Below, piece by piece: positions 29,775 to 39,578 of a DNA stretch of 64,000 nt (the first letter of the stretch is position 1; each line of letters starts with the position of its first letter). Made by a program: the position numbers and the translations under genes. The notes under the pieces were generated by a model, which had not been told where the DNA came from, ran no database searches, and saw only the letters and a list, made by a program, of their open reading frames with translations. This stretch comes from Bdellovibrionota bacterium (GTDB lineage Bacteria; Bdellovibrionota; UBA1018; UBA923): assembly GCA_040754655.1 (NCBI GenBank), contig JBFMCE010000003.1:1-64000 (forward strand). The letters are read 5' to 3'.

Positions 29775-30524
29775 TCAATAGACTAGACTAGTTGAGGCAG
29801 TTCGTTCGATCTGGCCATATTTATTTAGGATTTCTGCAACTAAAGATACTGTTCCATCGTCATGAAATGAAGTTTGTAGTTTGAATACATTTTTTTCAAA
29901 ACTTGGTCGAGGCAGGTCAAAAAGCCAGGTGATCGGAATACCATCTTGAAGATTGATCTCATTTGAGGTGAACAAAGCTCCGTTCGAAGTCGCCTTTGCA
30001 CTCAAAAGAAGTTCTTCTGCTCTCGCCGTTCCGAACTCAGGGATGTAAAAAGTTGCCACTGCTTTCAGGGGCTTTCCAGGTTCATTGGTAAAAGAGACAT
30101 GCATGTTCATCTTGTTGTAAATTTTATTCTGGTTCTGGCGGTATGCAGGAGGTTTTGGTCGATCATAAGTATAAACTGGTATTTCAAAGGCGAAAAAAGC
30201 AGTTCTCAGATGAATTGAAGTCCTCATCGCGTCGATGCGTTTTTCTGCCGAAAGTTGCTCTGTTAGCGGTAGGTATTCTTTTAGAATCTCTCGGCGCGTC
30301 TCATATAAATTCTCGAGTGTTTCTCGCACCTTCGTCGTCCCACCAGGTACGAGGAGCGTAAAGCAGGATCTTAATAAATCATGTTGGTTCCAGATACTTT
30401 TGTTTACTTTCCCTAATTTTTCTTGAACTTGATCAAAGCGAATGTGAAGGCTGCTTGGGTCATTCGCATGGGCCAGGATCGGAGAAACCAGTAAGCTAAA
30501 CAGAATAAGTTCTTTTTGAAACAT
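29775..30524 (-). CDS. Hypothetical secreted protein
   Basis: Signal peptide MFQKELILFSLLVSPILAHA; visibly AT-richer DNA; no recognisable domain. Confidence 0.6.
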   Translation of the reverse strand: MFQKELILFSLLVSPILAHANDPSSLHIRFDQVQEKLGKVNKSIWNQHDLLRSCFTLLVPGGTTKVRETLENLYETRREILKEYLPLTEQLSAEKRIDAMRTSIHLRTAFFAFEIPVYTYDRPKPPAYRQNQNKIYNKMNMHVSFTNEPGKPLKAVATFYIPEFGTARAEELLLSAKATSNGALFTSNEINLQDGIPITWLFDLPRPSFEKNVFKLQTSFHDDGTVSLVAEILNKYGQIERTASTSLVY

Positions 30525-30670
30525 GGTGCACTGCATTATAATAAAGGCTTTTGATTGTAAATATCTTAAATTTTGATTTGCGTTGCCTTCAGATCCGTCA
30601 TCGATCGGCCTCAAAATCGTTCATGTTTTCCAGGACAGGTCGCCCAGACTTGTCGTAAGGTGTATCCAGA

Positions 30671-31648
30671 ATGGCTAAAACATTTCTTGTCACTGGCAGC
30701 GCCGGCTTCATTGGGTTTCATCTCTCAAAGAGGCTTTTGGAGCAAGGCCATCGTGTCGTGGGTTTTGACAATCTCAACGATTATTATTCGGTAGAGCTCA
30801 AGCAAGATCGAAACGACCAGCTCAAGGGCTATTCCCGCTATTCTTTTATTCAGGCGGACGTCAGCGAAAAGAGCGCGGTATCAGATGTTTTTTCAAGGCA
30901 TGAGTTTGATACCGTGTTTCACCTCGCGGCCCAGGCTGGCGTGCGTTACAGCCTTGAGAATCCTGAGGCCTATCTTAAGAGCAATATTGACGGCACTCTC
31001 ACTATTCTTGAGGCCGCTCGCCATTCCAAAACAAAGCCCCATCTTTTGATCGCCTCCTCAAGCTCGGTCTATGGGCTTTCGCAGCACTATCCTTTCAAGG
31101 AAGACGATCCGGCGGATCGACCCGTGGCGCTGTACGGAGCGACGAAAAGGGCTGATGAACTCATGGGCCATTCTTATTCCCATCTCTTCGGTCTTCGTGT
31201 CACTATGCTCAGGTTTTTCACGGTTTATGGGCCTTGGGGAAGGCCTGACATGGCGCTGTTCAAGTTTGTGCGCGCGATTCTCGGGGGCGAAGAGATCGAA
31301 GTTTATAACAATGGCGATATGATCCGCGACTTTACGTATGTGAGTGACATCGTCGATGGTATTGTCGGGTTGGCTGAAAACCGAACTAAACCCGAGCATC
31401 CACTCTATGACGTCTTCAATATTGGATGCGCTAAGCCGCGAACCTTGATGGAATTCATTCGCGCGATCGAAAAGAGCGTCGGAAAAAAAGCCAAGATGAA
31501 GATGATGCCATTTCAGGCCGGAGATGTTTACAAGACATACGCAGACGTCAGCAAATTAAGAGAGATCTGCGGCTACACCCCGAAGGTTGGCATTGAAGAC
31601 GGTATTGAGAATTTTGTCCGCTGGTACGTTGAGTATTACAAAGCTTGA
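30671..31648 (+). CDS. NAD-dependent UDP-hexuronate 4-epimerase (Uge/CapI-like)
   Basis: TGSAGFIG, HLAAQAGVRYSLENP, YGATK, RFFTVYGPWGRPDMA. Confidence 0.92.
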   Translation: MAKTFLVTGSAGFIGFHLSKRLLEQGHRVVGFDNLNDYYSVELKQDRNDQLKGYSRYSFIQADVSEKSAVSDVFSRHEFDTVFHLAAQAGVRYSLENPEAYLKSNIDGTLTILEAARHSKTKPHLLIASSSSVYGLSQHYPFKEDDPADRPVALYGATKRADELMGHSYSHLFGLRVTMLRFFTVYGPWGRPDMALFKFVRAILGGEEIEVYNNGDMIRDFTYVSDIVDGIVGLAENRTKPEHPLYDVFNIGCAKPRTLMEFIRAIEKSVGKKAKMKMMPFQAGDVYKTYADVSKLREICGYTPKVGIEDGIENFVRWYVEYYKA

Positions 31649-31773
31649 GCCGGCTTGTAAAAAAGTTCGAGAGCGAAGAAGCTGAAGAGGAGCCGACTAA
31701 AGCGTACGAAAAGTACGCTGCAGGAGCGCCCGATGAGGATGATGAAGCTATTCGAGCTTTTTTACAAGCCAGC
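31649..31773. mobile_element. 125-bp MITE/REP-like element with 22-bp terminal inverted repeats and a central hairpin
   Basis: Left GCCGGCTTGTAAAAAAGTTCGA (31649-31670) is the reverse complement of TCGAGCTTTTTTACAAGCCAGC (31752-31773) at 20/22 positions. Central AGCGTAC-GAAAA-GTACGCT at 31701-31719. Confidence 0.7.
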
Positions 31774-32646
31774 CTACATGGAGCAGTGGTAGACGGTGTG
31801 GAATACGTCTATCCCATGCCGCCTATTGAACAGCTCGAACTGTGAATAGATTTCGACCTTCTTGAATCCTGAGGCCAACAGCGCGTTTTTAAGCGTTTCG
31901 GGATAGAAATAGAAAAAAGCTCCGCCGCTTTTATTCCCGACATACTCAACCCCATGGCTAGGATCAATGACTGGAAGGCGCAGGGCTTTCCTAAGGACTT
32001 GATACATCGACCGGTTGTAGCGGCCTAAACGTTTCTCATTGCTATGGGCGAGGATGCATTGACCTTTGGTCACGGAAGCCAGGTTTTCAAGTGCTTCTAA
32101 AGGGTTCTTTAGGTGTTCAACCAAATCTCCACAGAACACGAAGTCATACTTCTTGCCTAGCGTGTGCAAGTCGTAAATGTTCAGCTTTTGATGCTGTACC
32201 TTTGATTTTTTCAAGGCGATCGCCGCAAGGAGTTGGTGTCCCACAGGTACGCCGAGGCTGCGGTAAACGTCAGAGTAAGCCGCGTTCTTTTGATTAAAGT
32301 TCTTGTACTTGTCTTGGTAACTGTCGATCTTCGCGGGCGATACGTCAGTAGTGACGTTGCCATCGTAAGGATTGTTGTCAACAGCCGTGACTTGGCCTCC
32401 GCGCCGTTCAAATTCAAACGAGAAAAAACCATCGCTTGATCCGACATCAAGCACTGTTTTTCCGGAAAGCGACTCTGGAAAGCCATACTTGGCAAGAAGC
32501 GAGTTGTGATCGTAGAGACCAGAGGATTTCAAACCCGAGCCCAAGTCAATGGTATGGTACCAGTTGGTGTTTTTTACGAACTCTGAAATCCGTTGAGCAT
32601 CTAGCTTTGAGCCAGTCGTTGATTCACGCGTTGCTTCTGTGTCCAT
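31774..32646 (-). CDS. Class I SAM-dependent methyltransferase (CmoB/DUF1698-like)
   Basis: WYHTIDL, VLDVGSSDGFFSF, GDLVEHLKNP. Confidence 0.82.
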   Translation of the reverse strand: MDTEATRESTTGSKLDAQRISEFVKNTNWYHTIDLGSGLKSSGLYDHNSLLAKYGFPESLSGKTVLDVGSSDGFFSFEFERRGGQVTAVDNNPYDGNVTTDVSPAKIDSYQDKYKNFNQKNAAYSDVYRSLGVPVGHQLLAAIALKKSKVQHQKLNIYDLHTLGKKYDFVFCGDLVEHLKNPLEALENLASVTKGQCILAHSNEKRLGRYNRSMYQVLRKALRLPVIDPSHGVEYVGNKSGGAFFYFYPETLKNALLASGFKKVEIYSQFELFNRRHGIDVFHTVYHCSM

Positions 32647-32674
32647 AGGGTTTCAGAACTATCCCAGCTCTGAA

Positions 32675-34090
32675 TTAAAGTAAAGAACCCTGCTTTTTCG
32701 AGCCACGCTCATATTGATAGGCCCACCCCAATCCCATTCCCGCAAAGAGCCAGAGCAAGACGCAGTTCTGCGGAGATTCGAATCCGACATTGAAAAATGC
32801 ATAGACCATTCCGTTGATAGGAACGAAAACCAACGCAAGTCGAATGAGTATATCAAGAGAGCCGCTTTCATTTCCCTGCGGTGGCTTGAGAATGCGTTTG
32901 ATTCTGAGCACCCAAAAAGCCGGGATCAATGAGAAGAGCACCAGCCCAACGACGCCCATTCGAGCCAAGATCGAAAGATATGAATTATGGGGCCCCGCAA
33001 CAGGAGATGCGCTCCGTAAACGCGGAAAGTTGGCCACGCTCTCCCAGCTGTTCGGCATGTCCTCTTCAAGAAAACTTGGGATCTCAGGAATGAACCCGAT
33101 CCCCAAAATGGGGTTGAGCTTCCAATCCGCAAGCGCGGTTTTCCACCAAAATTTTCTCGAACGCATTTGAAAGCTTTGAGGGTTGCCTTCGTAAGGAATG
33201 TCTTCTTTCTTTTGCATCGCCTCGAAGAATTGGTTGGAAAGTTTTCCCGAGAATTTTTCACGCCCGAAGGATTCAGCGGTGGTCGCATGGGGTTGGCTCA
33301 ACGTGATAACGAGGAAGCCGGCGATTAAAAATGAAAGAGCGATCAGCATTGTTCTCAAAGGTTTGGCTTGAGGCCTAAATTTTGCCAAGATCCATGGCCC
33401 TAAGACGACCATCACAAGGCACAAAAGCAAAGTCGATCGCTGCATCTCTTTAAGGTGCCACAAGACCCAAAACGAGCTGAAGGCCATCAGAGCAACCGCC
33501 AATGCAAGCACTGCCTTCTTGAGACGAGCCTGCCATTTTGACTTTGAACTCAGCATATCCTCAATCAAAACGAGTAGGGGCAAGACAAGCAGCGGTCCCA
33601 GGCTGAAATTGATCACTCCCCACTGTCTGCCATCCGTCCGGAATGGGTTGGGTAAAGCGTTTGCCACGAGAAGCGCGATCACCAGCGTCTTAGTCCAGGG
33701 CCTGCCGAGCCAGGCGACCCATGCCCCGACGCTCATCCACAAAAATGGGTAAACGAATAAAATAGCATGTTGCACGAAACGCAACGGAGTGCGGCTATCC
33801 GCGCGAAGAGATTCAAAACCAAAGACCAAGTCATGGCTAAACAGCAAGATGCCCCACGAGAAGAATACAAGCGGTGTCAGCAAGACCTTCATCAAATAAG
33901 ACATCGGGGGAAAATCTCTTGTCGCGACGACGACTGCGGCGAAAAAACAAAACAGTGCGTCAAGCATGAATAGAGGACCAACCCGAAGTTTGGCGAAACC
34001 CCCGTAGAAATAAGTTACGCCCACGGTTGCAATGATCACGGACGAAAACGCCAGCCAGCGACAGGTTCTAGAGGCTTGAACCGATTTCAA
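32675..34090 (-). CDS. O-antigen ligase/Wzy_C-family membrane protein
   Basis: About 12 TMs; R...W......NPILGIG and PHNSYLSILARMGVVG motifs. Start re-assigned to the TTG that overlaps the upstream TGA. Confidence 0.8.
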   Translation of the reverse strand: MKSVQASRTCRWLAFSSVIIATVGVTYFYGGFAKLRVGPLFMLDALFCFFAAVVVATRDFPPMSYLMKVLLTPLVFFSWGILLFSHDLVFGFESLRADSRTPLRFVQHAILFVYPFLWMSVGAWVAWLGRPWTKTLVIALLVANALPNPFRTDGRQWGVINFSLGPLLVLPLLVLIEDMLSSKSKWQARLKKAVLALAVALMAFSSFWVLWHLKEMQRSTLLLCLVMVVLGPWILAKFRPQAKPLRTMLIALSFLIAGFLVITLSQPHATTAESFGREKFSGKLSNQFFEAMQKKEDIPYEGNPQSFQMRSRKFWWKTALADWKLNPILGIGFIPEIPSFLEEDMPNSWESVANFPRLRSASPVAGPHNSYLSILARMGVVGLVLFSLIPAFWVLRIKRILKPPQGNESGSLDILIRLALVFVPINGMVYAFFNVGFESPQNCVLLWLFAGMGLGWAYQYERGSKKQGSLL

Positions 34091-35253
34091 ATGCGTATTC
34101 CTTCGATCAGAGAACTCAAGTCTGAACAGAAGCGGTTGAAGCCCAGGCGGTTTTGGAGATTTCCTTTCTGGGTCGAGTCGATTGACTGGCTCCCTAGAGC
34201 TTCTTGCACGGCTCTCGCCAAATCTTGAGGGTCGCCCGCTTTTGCCAAATGACCCGGAAAATCTCCGGTCGCGAGCCACGACGTGGAATCAAGCGCCGGA
34301 ACGACACAGCGTTTTCCCTGGAAAAAGGCTTCAAGCGCAAAAGTTGAAAGCGTTTCATTGCAGATCGACGGCAAGACGGCGATGCGCGACTGGCCAATAA
34401 GGTCGAGCACAGTTTCGTGCGATACCGCACCTAAGAAGGTGAGGTTCTTCAGCTCACTCACTGCCGCGGTTACCATAGGGCGCTCAGGGCCATCGCCTAC
34501 GATGAGAAATCTCACGTTAGGCAGCAAGCGAATGGTCGCGATCAATTCGTAGATCCCTTTTTCTTCCGACAGTCTTCCCGCGTAGATTACGTCATAGTGA
34601 TCGCTAGCCGAAGGATAGGCGTCTTTGGTCTTTGGCACTGCGGGCGTCTCAAAACGAAAGACAGGGTTGAGAATGTGGATCACGCGTTCCTTGGGAATGC
34701 CTAGCTTCACGAGCTCAGCTTGGAGATATGGTGATGGGGCCACGAAACGTTGAATGGCCCTTGAATACAGCTCTTCGAGGCGAAGTTCAGTGAGGGCTAG
34801 GGAATGGTAGATGCTTTTCTTCCAGCTGCCGTTGCAATTGTGGAGGATGGGCCTCCACGCCACTTTAGACGTGAAACAGTCCTTGCAGATTTTCTTGTTC
34901 CTCAAAGCCAAGCCATTTGTGCAGAAAAAACGATGGTTGTGAACCGTCATGACCAAGGGGATGTTGCGCCTGATAGCCCACCTGAAGAAACGCGGTCCTA
35001 AGATTGGGAAGACATTGTGCAGGTGAATATAGGCGGGCTGCGTGTCTTCCCATAATTTTTCAACCCCGGGGCTTGAGTCGACCGGCGCAAGTGAAGCGAG
35101 CGATTTGAGCAGGAGAGAGCCGGGTGGATTCCTGTCTTCAGGATAAAGCACCGGAGTAACCCCTATCTTTCGGTAGCCTTGCACCAGCGCGTCGACGTGG
35201 ACATCTTCGCCTCCACGGTGCTCGTAAGGCACATGTACGATGAGAACTTTCAT
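34087..35253 (-). CDS. GT4 glycosyltransferase
   Basis: GGED, HLHN, TVHNHR, AGRLSEEKG, PSICNETLSTFALEA. Confidence 0.9.
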   Translation of the reverse strand: MKVLIVHVPYEHRGGEDVHVDALVQGYRKIGVTPVLYPEDRNPPGSLLLKSLASLAPVDSSPGVEKLWEDTQPAYIHLHNVFPILGPRFFRWAIRRNIPLVMTVHNHRFFCTNGLALRNKKICKDCFTSKVAWRPILHNCNGSWKKSIYHSLALTELRLEELYSRAIQRFVAPSPYLQAELVKLGIPKERVIHILNPVFRFETPAVPKTKDAYPSASDHYDVIYAGRLSEEKGIYELIATIRLLPNVRFLIVGDGPERPMVTAAVSELKNLTFLGAVSHETVLDLIGQSRIAVLPSICNETLSTFALEAFFQGKRCVVPALDSTSWLATGDFPGHLAKAGDPQDLARAVQEALGSQSIDSTQKGNLQNRLGFNRFCSDLSSLIEGIRI

Positions 35254-35372
35254 TTCTTTGAAACACTCCGTATGGGCGAAATTAAATCAAATGAGGTTAA
35301 AACACAAAAGCTAAAGACAGGCGCCGGGATAAGCCATTGAAGAAGCAAAATGTTTCATGCATAAACAGGGAA

Positions 35373-36773
35373 ATGCCATCACTGACGCTGAAGAAGCTGC
35401 TCGCAATCGCAACCGTGTATTCTATTTTTTGTTGGGTTGGCTTTGTTGCGCGGGGCGACTACTACCATAAACAGTCAGACCAGTTTTATTACCTCTCGCT
35501 TGCTGATTCCCTGAGGGAAACGGGCGAGATGAAGGCTCGAATCGCGATTGAAGGCGAGGAAGGCACCATCCCTCCGACTGCGAACACGGGTATCGCTCTT
35601 TTGATGTACCCGCTCTCTAGCTTAAGTTTTGACGCCGTCTGCATCAGCTTGTCTGTGTTTTATCTGATTCTGCACCTGTCATCGGTTTTCCCGCTTTCAA
35701 GGCTTCTTTTGCACTTTGGGGTGAGCGCGAAAATATCTCATTGGGTGATTCTTCTTTATTTCCTCTCATTTCCCCTCACCCTTTATAAACTAAGGCCCGT
35801 GAACGAAGGCGCTTCGTTTGCCCTTATTCATTGGTTTTTGTATTTTTTGTTCGTAGATCGCAAGCGCTACTGGTTCTTGCTGTTTGCCCTTCTTGCTCCG
35901 ATTTTTCGGGTGCATATCGTGGCAACCGAATTGGCTGCTTTGGCAACGTCGATTTTTAACCGGTCCAAGCAAGTGGCCTTGCGGGCGATCGCTTCCATTG
36001 GCGCAAGCGTCGCGGGGCTAGGGATTTATTCGCTCTTATTTCCGTTTCACCAAAAAGGCTTGGGCCAACCTTTGGAACGCGAGAGCGTCATTGTGCCAGC
36101 GATTTTAGAGACTGCCGTCGCCTTGCTTCACTTGATGGTACCTGAAAGCGCATTCACCTTGGCTTTTGGTGACCAGCGACGGGCGGTAGAAACCCTCTTG
36201 GGGCTTCTTGCCTTGATTGCTGTGCTTTATTCTTTTTTGCGCAATCTTCGGAAAGAATCCAATAAAGAGCTTCATTTCTTTGGGCTGGCGGTCTTTGGGT
36301 TCTCGGTTCTTTTTTTGCTGGGCTCGACGACTGTTATCGCGCGTTTTTTCACGGTCGCGTATTTCTGGATTTTGTTGGCTCTTGTAGTCTTTTTCAACCA
36401 ACTGAGCCCCAAGGCGGCGACTTTCTTCTCGGGTGCGCTCATCGCATTGAATGTCGCGCTTGTTGCGGCGTTCTTGTCTACGAAGACGACGAACCCGCTT
36501 TATCGCGAGTTCGAGGATGTGAAGAAGTTGGCGCCGAAGGCGAAAGACTATGCGCACGTCTACTTTGACCCTGAGTTTCGTTTCAATTCACGCTTTCTCT
36601 ACGGGTATCTGCGTCGTCCGGCTTGGGTTTTAGACAAGCTGCCGCCGGAAGAAAGATTTGTGTATGTATCGCGGGAACCGTCCCGAGTTTTGAAGAAACT
36701 CTCGTTTTGCAAATCAGAGATATTTAGGGCGGATGCTTTGAGTCTCGTGAACTTCGATTGCGCGCCTCGATAG
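35373..36773 (+). CDS. Multi-TM membrane protein, candidate GT-C glycosyltransferase
   Basis: SDQFYYLSLADSL loop after TM1, NE motif, about 11 TMs and a C-terminal soluble tail. Confidence 0.6.
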   Translation: MPSLTLKKLLAIATVYSIFCWVGFVARGDYYHKQSDQFYYLSLADSLRETGEMKARIAIEGEEGTIPPTANTGIALLMYPLSSLSFDAVCISLSVFYLILHLSSVFPLSRLLLHFGVSAKISHWVILLYFLSFPLTLYKLRPVNEGASFALIHWFLYFLFVDRKRYWFLLFALLAPIFRVHIVATELAALATSIFNRSKQVALRAIASIGASVAGLGIYSLLFPFHQKGLGQPLERESVIVPAILETAVALLHLMVPESAFTLAFGDQRRAVETLLGLLALIAVLYSFLRNLRKESNKELHFFGLAVFGFSVLFLLGSTTVIARFFTVAYFWILLALVVFFNQLSPKAATFFSGALIALNVALVAAFLSTKTTNPLYREFEDVKKLAPKAKDYAHVYFDPEFRFNSRFLYGYLRRPAWVLDKLPPEERFVYVSREPSRVLKKLSFCKSEIFRADALSLVNFDCAPR

Positions 36774-36892
36774 CGCGCTAGTGCCCATGTTTGAGCTTTT
36801 TCGATCAGCTTGTCTATGCTAGGCTGTGGTCTCAGAAATGTTCTAAGATTACGAATGGTTGCGCGAGCGTGTCGCAAAGAGGGGAACGATCC

Positions 36893-37639
36893 ATGGTCAA
36901 ATCAAATGATGATGTGCTTTTGCTGACAGGGTCGAGCGGCGGCCTTGGTCTTGGTTTGGCTGAGAACTTCTTAGAGCAAGGGCATCGCAACATAGCTTTT
37001 CAATATCGATCTTCAGACACGAAACTTAAAGACCTTCTCGCCAAATATGATCTCTCGCCGGAGAGGCATCTTTTTAAGGCAGACCTCACCCGGGAAAATG
37101 AAGTCCGCCAGATGAGAGAAGGCATCGAGTCCAAGCTCGGTCCTGTTTTCGGGTTGGTGAATCTCGCGGGTGCCTCCTCGAATGGAATGAGCTGGAAGCT
37201 GACTTACGAAGAATTTCAATCGGTGGTGAATGCGAATCTTGGCGCGACGTTCTTGTGCTCAAAAGAATTTATTCCAGGCATGCGGGCGGCCGGACGAGGG
37301 CGGATCATCAATGTCTCTAGCGTAGTTGCCTTTACCGGAGCGCCAGGAGCATCTCATTATAGTGCTGCGAAGGCTGCCATCATTGGACTAACCCACTCAT
37401 TAGCTCTTGAACTTGCTGGTAAAAACATCACGGTCAATGCATTGGCACTAGGTTATTTTGATCGCGGCTTGATTGATTCGGTGCCCGAAGAGATCCAACA
37501 GAAGATCAAAGAGAAGATCCCAGCTTCTCGGTTTGGAAACCCGCAAGAGATCTCTGGGATGATGGATTTTTTGCTGAGTGAGGGTGGGGCTTACACGACA
37601 GGTCAGGTTCTTCATATCAATGGCGGGCTTTACTTCTAA
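36893..37639 (+). CDS. FabG/acetoacetyl-CoA reductase-like SDR
   Basis: TGSSGGLG, YSAAK, GQVLHINGGLYF; ATG after GAGGGG. Confidence 0.85.
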   Translation: MVKSNDDVLLLTGSSGGLGLGLAENFLEQGHRNIAFQYRSSDTKLKDLLAKYDLSPERHLFKADLTRENEVRQMREGIESKLGPVFGLVNLAGASSNGMSWKLTYEEFQSVVNANLGATFLCSKEFIPGMRAAGRGRIINVSSVVAFTGAPGASHYSAAKAAIIGLTHSLALELAGKNITVNALALGYFDRGLIDSVPEEIQQKIKEKIPASRFGNPQEISGMMDFLLSEGGAYTTGQVLHINGGLYF

Positions 37640-37644
37640 CTCTT

Positions 37645-38730
37645 ATGCACTATCGAGACTTTGAAGCTTCTCAGCATCTCAGTGAGCAACGGCAGCTTTT
37701 CTCGGATTGTTTCCCGGAGTCTCATCTTGCAAGCATTGGTTCAACCGAACATTATCAATGGAAGTTTCGAGGATTAAACGCGACCAGGCCTTCTTATGAG
37801 TACGCGGCCTTCGATGAAACGCGTTTGGTAGGGTATTACGCTGCCCTTCCTTATCGTTATAGGATCAACGGGAAGAAGGTCCTTTGCGGAGTTGTCTGCG
37901 ACGTGATGACGCATTCTTCTTCTAGGGGAAAGGGAATTTTTACGGCACTAGGACGCCATTCCTTGAACCAGCTCCAAGCGGAAGGGATAGGCTTCGTTTC
38001 AGGCTATCCCATTCGACCTGAAGTTCTGCCGGGCCATTTGAAGGTAGGATGGAAAGTGGCTTTTTCGCTCCCTCTTTATATCAAAGTGTTGCGGGTGAAT
38101 TCGGCGCTGAAGAAGGCCGGGCTGGAAGGCTTCGCGCCTTTTTGCAACGGGTTGGTCATGGGTGTTCGGTTGGTTCAGTCAATTCCCGCTCTCTTTCGGC
38201 GTAAAGATTCCGATGGCTTCGAAACCCGGGTTTTTGAAGTTGAGGAATTCTTGGGGCTGTCTGAGTACGACGCTTTTTTTTCAAGATGGAGCGCTCAATT
38301 TCAAAATGTCCTGCAAAAAGATTTGGAATTCTTGAAATGGCGGCTGCGAGCCCCCGGTGCGGCCTACCGGGTTCTGACGGTTTGGAGCGAGGGCAGCTTG
38401 ATTGCTGTCTCAATCGTAAGGAAGGTCGAGTTCAATAGCTTGCCTTGTCTTGCAGTCCTAGACCTCATGAGTTTGACACAAGAGGCGGCACCTTTGAGAG
38501 CGTTGCATGGCGCTTTAGAGCAAGAGTGCATCGTTCAGGGGGCTGAAACCATCGCCGTGATGATGAGCAGAACATCTGCCCGACGCGCAGGTCTTAGGGC
38601 CCATGGTTTTATCCGCAGCCCTAAGGGTTTTAAACTTATATTGAATCGATTGGATTCCGCTTTGAACCTCGATCAGTTGATGGAGGAAAAAAACTGGAAC
38701 CTGATGTGGATCGACTCTGACGATTTATGA
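37645..38730 (+). CDS. GNAT/FemAB-like acyltransferase
   Basis: DVMTH...RGKGIF acyl-CoA binding motif, GYP, FLKWR; two-domain length. Confidence 0.75.
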   Translation: MHYRDFEASQHLSEQRQLFSDCFPESHLASIGSTEHYQWKFRGLNATRPSYEYAAFDETRLVGYYAALPYRYRINGKKVLCGVVCDVMTHSSSRGKGIFTALGRHSLNQLQAEGIGFVSGYPIRPEVLPGHLKVGWKVAFSLPLYIKVLRVNSALKKAGLEGFAPFCNGLVMGVRLVQSIPALFRRKDSDGFETRVFEVEEFLGLSEYDAFFSRWSAQFQNVLQKDLEFLKWRLRAPGAAYRVLTVWSEGSLIAVSIVRKVEFNSLPCLAVLDLMSLTQEAAPLRALHGALEQECIVQGAETIAVMMSRTSARRAGLRAHGFIRSPKGFKLILNRLDSALNLDQLMEEKNWNLMWIDSDDL

Positions 38731-39578
38731 TGAACCAACGACAATACAATGGCATTTTCATGTTCAGCGTTGATGTGGAAGACTTCCCGGTCATCAAAGA
38801 TGGCAAAAGTTGTTATGCCGGACGCGTGACCGAGCTCACCGATCAGTACATCGAGTTTTTGCGGAAGAGGAAAATGCGCGCCACTTTCTTCATCCTAGGC
38901 GAAGTGGCTGAAAGAAATCCTGAGCTTGTAAGAAAGCTTGTTGATCAGGGCCATGAGATTGGTTGCCATGGTTACGCACATGTGACGCTCGACAAACAGA
39001 ACCCAGGGGGTTTTGAGGCCGATCTCACCCGGGCGCTCGAAGTTTTGCATCAAGCGGGTGCGACGAAGGTTTGGGGTTACCGCGCGCCTTTTCTTTCGAT
39101 TACGCCGAAAACGGTTTGGGCTTACGATGTTTTAAGCAAGCTTGGTTTTCGATATTCCAGCTCGGTGATGCCTCATTATAATCCTTCTTTTGGCTGGCCC
39201 GATTTTGGTGAACGACCTCGTAAACAGGGCCAGATTTGGGAATTGCCCGTGAGTCTGATGCCTTCGCTTCCTCTTGCCATCCCTGTTGCCGGAGGAGTGT
39301 ACTTTCGGATGCTTCCTTTCCGCTATATTTCCCGTGCTTTTCGGCTGCATTTAAAGCAAAACAAACCCGTGTTTGGATACTTTCATCCCTATGACATTGA
39401 CTGGGAGTCAGAGAGCAAGCAGTGCGCTTGGCTGCAGCGGAATCCGCTGTTCAATTTCTTCATGTTTTACAACCGCAAGGCGATGTTGAGCCGTCTAGAG
39501 CGGGTGATGCAGCAGGGGTTCGAGATCTTGCCTTACTCTGAGTTCCTTGCAAAACATGCGGCTGGAGTTGCACTATGA
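38727..39578 (+). CDS. Polysaccharide deacetylase (CE4, DUF3473-type)
   Basis: SVDVED, ATFFILG, HEIGCHGYAH, GYRAP, GGVYFR, YFHPYD. Confidence 0.88.
   Translation: MMNQRQYNGIFMFSVDVEDFPVIKDGKSCYAGRVTELTDQYIEFLRKRKMRATFFILGEVAERNPELVRKLVDQGHEIGCHGYAHVTLDKQNPGGFEADLTRALEVLHQAGATKVWGYRAPFLSITPKTVWAYDVLSKLGFRYSSSVMPHYNPSFGWPDFGERPRKQGQIWELPVSLMPSLPLAIPVAGGVYFRMLPFRYISRAFRLHLKQNKPVFGYFHPYDIDWESESKQCAWLQRNPLFNFFMFYNRKAMLSRLERVMQQGFEILPYSEFLAKHAAGVAL

Noticed and set aside
31645..31845. 66-aa acidic ORF
   Set aside because: It is a translation of the inverted-repeat element and overlaps the end of the opposite-strand methyltransferase.
34091..34279. N-terminal extension of the ligase-like ORF as given in the ORF track
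   Set aside because: It overlaps the GT4 gene by about 190 bp; the TTG at 34090 gives a typical 4-bp coupling instead.
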